The notes beneath the pieces were generated by a model. That model was not told the DNA's origin. It saw nothing but the letters and a program-made list of their open reading frames with translations, and did no database searches. A DNA stretch of 64,000 nucleotides from Candidatus Falkowbacteria bacterium (GTDB taxonomy: Bacteria > Patescibacteriota > Patescibacteriia > Patescibacteriales > UBA12465), in assembly GCA_016432645.1 (NCBI GenBank), contig CP066698.1, forward strand, positions 837,062 through 901,061. The letters run 5' to 3'. Below, piece by piece: positions 36,895-44,877 of the stretch. The translations under genes were made by a program, and so were the position numbers. Position 1 is the stretch's first letter. Every line of letters begins with the position of its first letter.

Positions 36895-37176
36895 ATGAAG
36901 AAAAATGTTAAACATATTATAATTTTGGTTTTTTCTGGAATATTTTTATTAATTTCTCTATTTTCTTTAGCTATATCCATCTATCTTTTTACTGATTGTG
37001 GTGGGCATGGCTGTGGTTTGGCAACAATTTTTTCATATTTTACCACCCCCATTTTTATTTTATCTTTAATTCTGAGCTTTCTTACTTTTAATTCAAATAA
37101 ACGTTGGGCGTTAATGTCTTTAATGTTTGGTTTAGTTTTAATAGCCATAGTTATAATTAAACAGTTTTTTTTATAA
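36895..37176 (+). CDS. Small 3-TM membrane protein, function unknown (cassette 1)
   Basis: 93-aa ORF starting 14 nt after repeat B. It has three hydrophobic helices and is AT-rich. Confidence 0.55.
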   Translation: MKKNVKHIIILVFSGIFLLISLFSLAISIYLFTDCGGHGCGLATIFSYFTTPIFILSLILSFLTFNSNKRWALMSLMFGLVLIAIVIIKQFFL

Positions 37177-37183
37177 TAAAACC

Positions 37184-37245
37184 GTTCCAACTATATCCCA
37201 GTCTCCGAGCAAATACTTAAAATAGGCTTCTAAAGCCTATTTTTG
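37184..37245 (+). repeat. Repeat copy C: degenerate tRNA-Gln 3'-end-like core + hairpin terminator
   Basis: GTTCCAACTATATCCCAGTCTCCGAGCAAATAC followed by the hairpin ATAGGCTT (37222-37229) / AAGCCTAT (37233-37240) and a T-run. Confidence 0.7.
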
Positions 37246-37311
37246 TTTTAAAATTAGTTAAAATTTACGACGGGTGTCGTGTCGCTAACTTAAATGTGAT
37301 CCCATTTACTA

Positions 37312-37340
37312 TTGACTTATTTTGATAATTATGTTAATAT
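37312..37340 (+). promoter_or_regulatory. Candidate promoter for the 37483 ORF
   Basis: -35 TTGACT (37312-37317), 17-nt spacer, -10 TAATAT (37335-37340). This would leave a leader of about 140 nt. Confidence 0.45.
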
Positions 37341-37482
37341 ATGGGCATAAGGTTTTTCTACTTCCTTAATTAGTAGATATGGGGTGAATGGATAAACTCC
37401 CTGAATGCCATACGGAAACCGAAAGGTAGCTGAAAAGCAAAATAATCTCGGCATCGCACGTTGCGGTAAAATTCTTTAAAAA

Positions 37483-37956
37483 ATGAACAAGTTCTCAAAT
37501 CCTACAAGAGTAGCTGAAGCTGCTTTGGCAATTATTTTTGCGCCAAAAACTAATCCAGACAAAAAATCAGACTGGAAATGGAGGCATGAATTAATAATCC
37601 ACAAAGCGGAAGCAAATTTAATGGAGTATTATGACTCCCAAACAGTTGTTAGCTATGAATTATATGGAATATCAGTAGGGGTAAAAAAACTCGAACCAAA
37701 AAGGTTCAAAGCTTATTCTGGAGTAATTGAATTAATTCAGGAGAATATTTTTGGTGAAAGGAGCGAGTTTCCTATTAATGAAGAGAAAATTAATCAAGAA
37801 AATAAAAACAAAATTGAAAAATTTTCTCACTTAATTAAAGTAGTGGAATTCGCCTCCAACGAATCAAGCCCCTTTTTCCGTGACTCAAGAAGAGTTGAAA
37901 CATTTCGCCTGAGTCCTGCTCAAAGGGAAAAGATTGTGTTTTGGGAAAAATGGTAA
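37483..37956 (+). CDS. Hypothetical soluble protein (cassette 2)
   Basis: 157-aa ORF with no recognisable motif. It has its own promoter-like site and terminator. Confidence 0.6.
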   Translation: MNKFSNPTRVAEAALAIIFAPKTNPDKKSDWKWRHELIIHKAEANLMEYYDSQTVVSYELYGISVGVKKLEPKRFKAYSGVIELIQENIFGERSEFPINEEKINQENKNKIEKFSHLIKVVEFASNESSPFFRDSRRVETFRLSPAQREKIVFWEKW

Positions 37957-37969
37957 TCAAAAGCTCGTT

Positions 37970-38010
37970 AAAGAAAGCTACACAGCATACTTTAGCGAGC
38001 TTTCTTTTTT
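37970..38010 (+). terminator. Rho-independent terminator
   Basis: Stem AAAGAAAGCT (37970-37979) / AGCTTTCTTT (37998-38007) followed by a T-run. Confidence 0.6.
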
Positions 38011-38033
38011 ATAGCTTAAATCTTAACCGCACT

Positions 38034-38107
38034 GGTTCAAACGTCATCTATGTTTCCAAGCAAATAGACAAAATACCGCTTTCCGTGGTAATTTTGTTAT
38101 ATAAATA
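38034..38107 (+). repeat. Repeat copy D: degenerate tRNA-Gln 3'-end-like core + hairpin + TATAAAT box
   Basis: GGTTCAAACGTCATCTATGTTTCCAAGCAAATAGACAAAATACCGCTTTCCGTGGTAATTTTGTTATATAAATA. It retains a T-loop-like GGTTCAAA and is nearly identical to copy B from CAAATAGACAA onward. Confidence 0.75.
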
Positions 38108-38118
38108 ATTTTAAAAAT

Positions 38119-38565
38119 ATGTCTATTGAAGAAAGGTTCAGGCCTTATGCCGCCGCTTATTTAGTTCTAATTAAAAACGATGAAGTTTTACTATTAAAAC
38201 GTTATAACACCGGGTATCAGGATGGTAACTATAGTTTAGTATCAGGGCATTTTGATGGCGGGGAAACGGCCGGACAGTGTATAGCGAGAGAGGCGCGGGA
38301 AGAAGCAAATATAATAATAACCCCTGAAGATTCAGAGGTGGTTCATGTGCTTCACAGATTTAGACCAGACCGCGAATATTTTGACGTTTATTTAAAAGTA
38401 AAGAAGTGGGCCGGAGAAATTACAAACCTGGAACCAAATAAATGCAGTGAATTAAAATGGTTTAAATTAAATGCCCTTCCTGAAAATATGGCTCCTGAAG
38501 TGAAACAGGCTCTGAATAAAATTAATGGTAATATATTTTTTAGTGAACTTGGTTGGGATGATTGA
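38119..38565 (+). CDS. Nudix hydrolase (cassette 3)
   Basis: Nudix box GHFDGGETAGQCIAREAREEANI (GX5EX7REUXEEXGU pattern). It starts 11 nt after repeat D. Confidence 0.85.
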   Translation: MSIEERFRPYAAAYLVLIKNDEVLLLKRYNTGYQDGNYSLVSGHFDGGETAGQCIAREAREEANIIITPEDSEVVHVLHRFRPDREYFDVYLKVKKWAGEITNLEPNKCSELKWFKLNALPENMAPEVKQALNKINGNIFFSELGWDD

Positions 38566-38585
38566 TTGTCCGTCATATTTAAACC

Positions 38586-38656
38586 TTTTCAGCCATATCC
38601 CTGTCTTCAATTAACGCAAAAAATAGGCTAATTTAGGCCTATTTTTTGTTATATTA
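38586..38656 (+). repeat. Repeat copy E: degenerate tRNA-Gln 3'-end-like core + hairpin
   Basis: TTTTCAGCCATATCCCTGTCTTCAATTAACGCAAAAAATAGGCTAATTTAGGCCTATTTTTTGTTATATTA. The hairpin is of the same AATAGGC...GCCTATT type as in copy C. Confidence 0.65.
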
Positions 38657-38685
38657 TTGACAAAATTATAATATTATGATATAAT
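38657..38685 (+). promoter_or_regulatory. Near-consensus sigma-70 promoter abutting repeat E
   Basis: -35 TTGACA (38657-38662), 17-nt spacer, and an extended -10 TGaTATAAT (38677-38685). Confidence 0.6.
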
Positions 38686-38716
38686 TTATTTATTAAAATG
38701 AACCTTCAAAAAATAT

Positions 38717-38926
38717 ATGGTTATGAAAAAGAAAATGTTATTCTGGCGAATTATGCTATGGGTTGATATTGTTGTAATGTTTTTCGGTCTAGTTTTTTCA
38801 GCGGTTTTGATGTTTGTAAAACATTTAAAAACTTTTTCTTTCCCGCTTTGGTTAGTCGCAGTAATATCAGTGCTTGGTATTATAACCGCTATTATAGCCA
38901 TTGATCGGACTGATCGGGAAATATAA
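38717..38926 (+). CDS. Small 2-TM membrane protein, function unknown (cassette 4)
   Basis: 69-aa ORF with two hydrophobic helices. It is flanked by a consensus promoter and a strong terminator. Confidence 0.5.
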   Translation: MVMKKKMLFWRIMLWVDIVVMFFGLVFSAVLMFVKHLKTFSFPLWLVAVISVLGIITAIIAIDRTDREI

Positions 38927-38946
38927 ATTTCCCAAACCTCTTTTAG

Positions 38947-38977
38947 CCAGTAGTTCTTTTTGAATTACTGGTTTTTT
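38947..38977 (+). terminator. Rho-independent terminator
   Basis: 10-bp stem CCAGTAGTTC (38947-38956) / GAATTACTGG (38962-38971) containing one G-U pair, loop TTTTT, T6 run. Confidence 0.8.
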
Positions 38978-39010
38978 ATTTATAAAATTATTTTAATATA
39001 TTATAAATCT

Positions 39011-39061
39011 CAGGTACATAGACAAAAATGTCATTTTCGTGGTATTTTTATTATATAAATA
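39011..39061 (+). repeat. Repeat copy F: hairpin + TATAAAT part of the repeat, with the tRNA-like core nearly erased
   Basis: CAGGTACATAGACAAAAATGTCATTTTCGTGGTATTTTTATTATATAAATA aligns with copies B and D from ATAGACAA onward. Confidence 0.6.
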
Positions 39062-39069
39062 GTAAAAAT

Positions 39070-39858
39070 ATGAATAATAAAAACATTATAATTAAAGCGA
39101 TGGTTGCTGTTTCTTATGTGGCTATGGTGGCGGTTAACTGGCTCGCCAACGCTTTGCCGATTAATAACCGTTCTACCGGGGCTATTTCCGATGCTTACCC
39201 TAATTTATTTGCCCCCGCAGGCTTAACTTTTTCCATTTGGGGTTTAATTTATCTACTCCTGGCCAGCTATTGTTTGTATCAATTTGGCCTTTTCCAAAAC
39301 GATAGAGGCCGGGGGAAAGCGGCTCTTTTTCAGAAAATCGGCCTCTATTTTATCTTAAGTTCGCTGGCTAACATTGCTTGGATTTTTTCCTGGCACTATG
39401 ATTTTATCGGGATATCAGTTGTACTGATGGCAGTGATTCTGTTTTCTTTAATCAAAATTGCCGATATTTTAAATAAAGAAAAGCTATTGTTAAAAGAAAA
39501 GTTTTTTATACGCGTTCCGTTTAGTGTTTATTTCGGTTGGATTACTGTGGCCGCCATCGCGAACATCACCGTATTTTTAGTAAGCATTAATTGGAATGGA
39601 TTTGGAATTTCTGACCAAGTTTGGACCATAATAGTTTTATTGGCCGGGCTATTAATCGTTATTCTAAGAATGATTAAGGATAAAAATGTTGCCTATGGCT
39701 TAGTTTTGGTTTGGGCTTACGCCGGCATTTTATTAAAACACTTATCAGCCGATGGCTTTTCCGGCCGCTACCAAGGAGTAATTATTACTACGGTTCTGTG
39801 TATTTTGGGATTTTTAATTAGCTTGGCAACTCTTATTAGCAAGAAAGCAAAATCATAA
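39070..39858 (+). CDS. Polytopic membrane protein, TspO/MBR-related (tentative)
   Basis: Multiple Trp-rich TM helices (ISDAYPNLFAPAGLTFSIWGLIYLLLA, NIAWIFSWHY, SVYFGWITVAAIANI). The start is moved to ATG 39070 because the track's ATG at 39028 lies inside repeat F. Confidence 0.45.
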   Translation: MNNKNIIIKAMVAVSYVAMVAVNWLANALPINNRSTGAISDAYPNLFAPAGLTFSIWGLIYLLLASYCLYQFGLFQNDRGRGKAALFQKIGLYFILSSLANIAWIFSWHYDFIGISVVLMAVILFSLIKIADILNKEKLLLKEKFFIRVPFSVYFGWITVAAIANITVFLVSINWNGFGISDQVWTIIVLLAGLLIVILRMIKDKNVAYGLVLVWAYAGILLKHLSADGFSGRYQGVIITTVLCILGFLISLATLISKKAKS

Positions 39859-39862
39859 AGAT

Positions 39863-40348
39863 ATGGATAGTTTTTATAATTTTACTGCCGAAAATGCGAA
39901 TGGCCAGGTGATTAAAATGTCCGATTACCGCGGTAAAGTGGTTTTAGTTGTTAATACGGCGAGCAAATGCGGTTTTACGAAGCAGTATGCCGGTCTGGAA
40001 AAGCTTTATCAAGATTATAAAAATAAAGATTTTGTTATTTTAGCCTTTCCTTGTAATCAGTTTGCCGGTCAAGAACCGGGGAGCGAGGCGGAGATTGTAT
40101 CTTTTTGCCAATTGAATTATGGTATTAGCTTCCCAATCTTTAAAAAAGTCAAAGTTAACGGCCAGGAGACACACCCTCTTTTTGTTTATTTAAAAAAGGA
40201 GCTCCCGGAAATTTTAGGCGGACGCATCAAGTGGAATTTTACCAAGTTTTTAATTGATAGCGCCGGTAGTCCCCTAAAGCGTTTTTCGCCAGCCACCACG
40301 CCGGAGGAAATCGAGAAGTATTTGCTTGCTAACAAAATTTTACAATAA
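39863..40348 (+). CDS. gpx: Glutathione peroxidase family protein (Cys type)
   Basis: Full-length match to family motifs: VVNTASKCGFTKQY, LAFPCNQFAGQEPG, KWNFTKFLI. Confidence 0.9.
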   Translation: MDSFYNFTAENANGQVIKMSDYRGKVVLVVNTASKCGFTKQYAGLEKLYQDYKNKDFVILAFPCNQFAGQEPGSEAEIVSFCQLNYGISFPIFKKVKVNGQETHPLFVYLKKELPEILGGRIKWNFTKFLIDSAGSPLKRFSPATTPEEIEKYLLANKILQ

Positions 40349-40370
40349 GCTTAATAATCAAAATAAATTT

Positions 40371-40778
40371 ATGACAGTGCTTAATTCTTTGAAGTTATAT
40401 CTAATAGCCGTCCCCATTTTTTTCATTATTGATTTAACCTGGCTTGGGGTAGTCGCTAAAGAGATATATCAAAAGCATATGGGGCACTTAATGAGACCAG
40501 CGCCAAATTGGCCAGTAGCAGTGCTATTTTATCTGCTCTTTATTATTGGTCTGCTTATCTTTGTTGTTTCGCCAGCCATGAAAAATAATTCCTGGTCATA
40601 TGCCCTTTTGTATGGTGCCTTGTTTGGTTTTTTTACCTATATGACTTTCGACTTAACAAGTTTAGCCGTTTTAAAAGATTGGCCCTGGAAAATAGTAGCC
40701 ATTGATATTATTTGGGGAATTGTTTTATCTTCATCGGTCTCTGTTGCCACTTATTTTATTGCTAAAAATATAATTTAA
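40371..40778 (+). CDS. DUF2177 family membrane protein
   Basis: Four TM helices with the characteristic FIIDLTWLGVVAK...Y and TYMTFDLTSLAVLKDWPW segments. The start is placed at ATG 40371. Confidence 0.75.
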   Translation: MTVLNSLKLYLIAVPIFFIIDLTWLGVVAKEIYQKHMGHLMRPAPNWPVAVLFYLLFIIGLLIFVVSPAMKNNSWSYALLYGALFGFFTYMTFDLTSLAVLKDWPWKIVAIDIIWGIVLSSSVSVATYFIAKNII

Positions 40779-40783
40779 TAAAT

Positions 40784-41548
40784 ATGAATCTCTTTTGGCT
40801 ACAAGTTATTACCATATTCATTTTTATTAATTTTTGTTTTGTTTTTGCAGTAATTAAAAAAAGAAATGATATTGCTGATGTCGCTTGGGGCTTAGGGTTT
40901 ATTTTAGTGGCTTTGGTTGGTTTATTTTTTAACCCAACAGTCAGAGTTTCCCTGATAACCTTAATGGTTATTTTTTGGGGAAGTCGTTTAGCATATCATA
41001 TTGGACGCCGATTTTTAAAAAGTAGCGAAGAAGATAAGCGCTATCAGAAAATGCGTTCTGGTTGGAAAGGTTCAGTGATATTTAATTCTTGGTTAAGAGT
41101 TTTTCTAATTCAGGGAGCCACCTTATTATTAGTAGCCGCGAGCATTATTATAGTGACCAATTTTGATAAGGGTGGGTTTATTTGGATTAATGTTATCGGG
41201 GTTGCCATCTGGTTGCTTGGTTTAAGTTTTGAAATTATTGGTGATCAGCAACTTAAAAAATTTCTTAATCAACCAGAAAATAAGGGCAGAATCATGACTA
41301 GCGGTTTATGGAAGTATACCCGTCATCCTAATTATTTTGGCGAAGCTGTGTTATGGTGGGGACTGTGGTTGGTGATTTGGGATGTGGATTATTTTTATCT
41401 TGGTTTAATTGGCCCAATTACTATAACTTTATTACTGCGTTTTGTTTCGGGGGTTCCTCTGGCTGAAGAGAGGTATAAAGAAAATATTGAATTTCAGGAA
41501 TATGCCGCCAAAACACCACCGATGTTACCGAACTTTTTTATTAAATAA
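40784..41548 (+). CDS. DUF1295 / steroid 5-alpha-reductase-like membrane protein
   Basis: Polytopic protein with the GLWKYTRHPNYFGEAVLWWG signature. Confidence 0.8.
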   Translation: MNLFWLQVITIFIFINFCFVFAVIKKRNDIADVAWGLGFILVALVGLFFNPTVRVSLITLMVIFWGSRLAYHIGRRFLKSSEEDKRYQKMRSGWKGSVIFNSWLRVFLIQGATLLLVAASIIIVTNFDKGGFIWINVIGVAIWLLGLSFEIIGDQQLKKFLNQPENKGRIMTSGLWKYTRHPNYFGEAVLWWGLWLVIWDVDYFYLGLIGPITITLLLRFVSGVPLAEERYKENIEFQEYAAKTPPMLPNFFIK

Positions 41549-41556
41549 TTTTTTAT

Positions 41557-42804
41557 ATGAAAAAGAAACTCGCCATTATTGGTTCCGGTATTTCCGCCAT
41601 GACTTGTGCACATTATTTGCGGGATGATTATGAAATTTCCATTTTTGATAGAAACGATTATTTAGGCGGACATACTCATACGCATGAGTTTGAAGATAAT
41701 GGCCATAAATTTACTATTGATACCGGTTTTATTGTTTTTAATCTTCATACTTATAACAATTTACTAAAGTTATTTGCCGAATTATGCGTGGAAAGACAAA
41801 AAAGCAGCATGTCATTCGCTGTTTATAATCAAAAAACAGGGCTGCAATATTCTGGCAGTAGTTTATTTCATCTTTTTTCTCAGCCCAAAAACTTGCTATC
41901 TCTTCAATATTGGAAATTTTTGTTTGAGATAAATAAGTTTTTTAAGATGGCGCTAGACGAGCGCGAATCTATTCAGGGGAGTGATGAAACTATTAGCCAG
42001 TATTGTAAGCGAAAAAATTTATCCAATTATTTTTTAGATAATTATTTAGCGCCGATGTCTTCGGCTGTTTGGTCAACTCCTCATCAGAGTGCTTATGATT
42101 TGCCAATATCTTTAATAATTCCATTTTTTTATAATCATGGTTTGTTGGGCGTTAATCGCCAGTTTCAATGGTATACCGTTAAGGGAGGCTCTAATGATTA
42201 TACTAAAAAGATTGTAGAAAATAGCAATTTTGCCATTCATTTACAAGAAGCCGCCTTGGAAGTTAAAGAGTCAGAAGCGGGAGTACAACTAATCACTGAG
42301 AAAGGCAGTTATAATTTTGATTATGCAATTTTAGCTAGTCATTCCGATGAGAGTTTAAAAATAGCCACTGAGCTTTCTGCTGTGAAAAAACAGTTATTAG
42401 AGAAGTTTAGTTATAGCCGAAATCGGGCTGTTTTACATACGGACATTTCAGTTATGCCTACGATTCGAAATGCCTGGGCCTCTTGGAATCATGTTATTAA
42501 CAAAGAGAGCGGGCAGTCTTCAACGGTTTATTGGATGAATGAGTTGCAGAAGCCAGATACAAAAACAAATTATTTTGTTTCCATCAACCCTTTTCAAGAA
42601 ATAGACAAAAATAAAATTGTAAAAGAGTTGATTTATGACCATCCCTTATTTACAGTTGAAAATTTTGCTTTACAGAAAAGACTTCAGGAATTAAATCAAA
42701 ACACTAAAATATTTTTTGCCGGAGCTTATTTTGGCTACGGTTTTCATGAGGATGGCATTAAGTCTGGTTTGCAAGTGGTTGAGATTTTAAAAAATAATAA
42801 ATAA
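41557..42804 (+). CDS. FAD/NAD-binding amine-oxidase/desaturase-like oxidoreductase
   Basis: N-terminal Rossmann motif KLAIIGSGISAMTCAHYL...IFDRNDYLGGHTHT. It occupies the conserved position ahead of the DUF1365 and CFA-synthase-like genes. Confidence 0.8.
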   Translation: MKKKLAIIGSGISAMTCAHYLRDDYEISIFDRNDYLGGHTHTHEFEDNGHKFTIDTGFIVFNLHTYNNLLKLFAELCVERQKSSMSFAVYNQKTGLQYSGSSLFHLFSQPKNLLSLQYWKFLFEINKFFKMALDERESIQGSDETISQYCKRKNLSNYFLDNYLAPMSSAVWSTPHQSAYDLPISLIIPFFYNHGLLGVNRQFQWYTVKGGSNDYTKKIVENSNFAIHLQEAALEVKESEAGVQLITEKGSYNFDYAILASHSDESLKIATELSAVKKQLLEKFSYSRNRAVLHTDISVMPTIRNAWASWNHVINKESGQSSTVYWMNELQKPDTKTNYFVSINPFQEIDKNKIVKELIYDHPLFTVENFALQKRLQELNQNTKIFFAGAYFGYGFHEDGIKSGLQVVEILKNNK

Positions 42805-42809
42805 AGCAG

Positions 42810-43652
42810 ATGAATTCTTGTATTTATACTTTAAAATTGATCCATGAACGTAAAGCGCCACGACGTAATTTTTTCAAATACGCAATTTACATGGCGTATA
42901 TAGATTTGGACGAGTTGGAGAGTATTTCTAAAAAAATATTTTTATTTGGTTATAATAAATGGAATGCACTTAGTTTTTTTGATAAAGATCATTTTAAGTT
43001 TGTTTTCCAGAAAAGCAAGAATGCGGAAATTATTGCCAGAGAAACTGTCAATTTTGAGGCGGACAAGTATATAAATAAGAATACCAAAGAACGTTTAAAG
43101 GTTTTAATTGAAGAGCTTCAGCTTGGTTTCAAATTAGATAAAGCTTATTTACTGACAAATTTGAGAAATTTCGGTTACATATTTACACCCGTAAGTTTTT
43201 ATTATTGTTTTGATGCGGCTGGTAAGTTTAGGGCGATGTTTAGTGAAGTTAATAATACTTTTGGCGACCAAAAAATGTATTATTGCAAAATCGACAATCC
43301 TGAAGCTGAACTATTTTCTGATACCCAGAAAAAAAATTATTACATTTCACCCTTTATTAACTATGATAACAATCTTCATTGGCAATTTAAAATTCCTGGG
43401 CCAAAGATTATGATGGCAATTGATTCTATTAAAGATGATAACGTAGAATTGCACACCGTGCTTACTGGGAATAGGAGAGAACTGAGTAATTTTAGTTTAG
43501 TATGGGCAATGCTAAGATATCCAATGGTGACTTTAACGGCAATCGCTCTTATCCATTATCAGGCCTTGAAGTTATTTATAAAAAAAATAAAATTTTATCG
43601 TAAAGATGAAGCTGACAATGAAATAATAAAAGCGATTAGCAATAAGAAGTAG
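42810..43652 (+). CDS. DUF1365 family protein
   Basis: The N-terminal signature IYTLKLIHERKAPRRNFFKYAIYMAYIDLDEL matches the Y.G.V.H.R..P..H.F.Y......DLDEL pattern. Confidence 0.8.
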   Translation: MNSCIYTLKLIHERKAPRRNFFKYAIYMAYIDLDELESISKKIFLFGYNKWNALSFFDKDHFKFVFQKSKNAEIIARETVNFEADKYINKNTKERLKVLIEELQLGFKLDKAYLLTNLRNFGYIFTPVSFYYCFDAAGKFRAMFSEVNNTFGDQKMYYCKIDNPEAELFSDTQKKNYYISPFINYDNNLHWQFKIPGPKIMMAIDSIKDDNVELHTVLTGNRRELSNFSLVWAMLRYPMVTLTAIALIHYQALKLFIKKIKFYRKDEADNEIIKAISNKK

Positions 43653-43659
43653 TAAAGAT

Positions 43660-44877
43660 ATGTATAAGGCAATATTTTTAACATTTTTTAAAAATAAAAA
43701 ATTTAGAGGCGCTTTAGAACTGGAGTTTGATAATTGCAAATATGTTTTTGGCGCAAAGCAGGCTGATGATAGTAATCAGGGCGACATTTATTCGGCAAGG
43801 ATTAAGGTAGTTAATATAAATTTTTTTAAGAGAGTGATTTTGTTTGGCGACACCGGCTTCGGAGAGGCTTTTTTATTTGGAGAGTTTACTACTCCTGATT
43901 TAAAGCGAGTTCTTTTATGGTTTGTGCAGAATAAAGAGTCGCTGCCTGGCTTCAGAGATAAAAATATTTTATCTATTTTATCGGTATTTACTAATCTGGG
44001 ATTAAAATTTGAACACTTGCGTAATAAAAATACTAAAACGGGAAGTAAAAATAATATTCGTGCTCATTACGATGTTTCAAATGATTTTTATCGATTGTGG
44101 CTGGATGAAACCATGACTTATTCTTCGGCGATTTTCAATAATTGTACAAGCCTGAAAGAGGGGCAAGAAAATAAATATCGTCGAATTTGTGAACAAATTA
44201 AGCTTAATGAAAGTGACCGAGTTTTAGAAATAGGTTGCGGCTGGGGCGGCTTTGCTGTTTTTGCTGCTAAAAATTACGGTTGCCACTTAACAATCACCAC
44301 TATTTCCGAGGAGCAATTTATTTATGTTGAGACGCTTATTAAGAAAGAAAATTTAGTTGATAAAATAAAACTAATTAAAAGCGATTATCGTGATTTAGAT
44401 GGCAATTTTGATAAGATTGTTTCCATAGAGATGATGGAGGCTCTTGGTTATGAATATGTTCCTCTATTTTTAAGTAAGTGCCAGAAATTAATTAAGCAAG
44501 ATGGCTTGATGTGTTTGCAGTGCATCATTTACCCTGATGAATATTTTCAAAGATATTTGCGCAATCCCAATTTTATTAAGAAATATATTTTTCCCGGGGG
44601 AGAGTTGCTGTCTTTAAAGCAAATTAAAGAAAAAACTTCTAGTTTGAATTTGGAGATTCTCGATATTCATTATATTGGTCAAGATTATGCCAGAACTTTG
44701 CATAAGTGGCGAGAAAATTTTATTGCCAGGGAGAAGGAAATCAAACAATTGGGGCTTGATGAATATTTTTACAGAAAATGGTTGTACTATTTTGTTTATT
44801 GCGAGGTTGGATTTGAGACCGATTATATTAACGACGTTCAAATTTTAATTAAGAAAAATATATGGTTATCGACATAG
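43660..44877 (+). CDS. Cyclopropane-fatty-acyl-phospholipid synthase-like SAM-dependent methyltransferase
   Basis: HYDVSNDFYRLWLDETMTYSSAIF, SAM motif VLEIGCGWGGFA, and IEMMEALG. Confidence 0.88.
   Translation: MYKAIFLTFFKNKKFRGALELEFDNCKYVFGAKQADDSNQGDIYSARIKVVNINFFKRVILFGDTGFGEAFLFGEFTTPDLKRVLLWFVQNKESLPGFRDKNILSILSVFTNLGLKFEHLRNKNTKTGSKNNIRAHYDVSNDFYRLWLDETMTYSSAIFNNCTSLKEGQENKYRRICEQIKLNESDRVLEIGCGWGGFAVFAAKNYGCHLTITTISEEQFIYVETLIKKENLVDKIKLIKSDYRDLDGNFDKIVSIEMMEALGYEYVPLFLSKCQKLIKQDGLMCLQCIIYPDEYFQRYLRNPNFIKKYIFPGGELLSLKQIKEKTSSLNLEILDIHYIGQDYARTLHKWRENFIAREKEIKQLGLDEYFYRKWLYYFVYCEVGFETDYINDVQILIKKNIWLST

Noticed and set aside
36524-36915. Four overlapping ORFs in the track (109, 93 and 93 aa on the - strand, 66 aa on the + strand) covering tRNA-Gln and the GC-rich patch
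   Set aside because: Open frames on both strands over the same ~300 nt are the expected by-product of stop-poor GC-rich sequence. The products are Arg/Pro/Ser-rich low-complexity strings. They also overlap a well-formed tRNA and perfect hairpins. I treated the region as non-coding RNA-like sequence instead.
36807-39061. The repeat series as a CRISPR array
   Set aside because: Spacing is irregular (0.3-0.9 kb) and each interval contains a complete ORF with its own signals. The repeats are degenerate rather than identical, and no cas genes are present.
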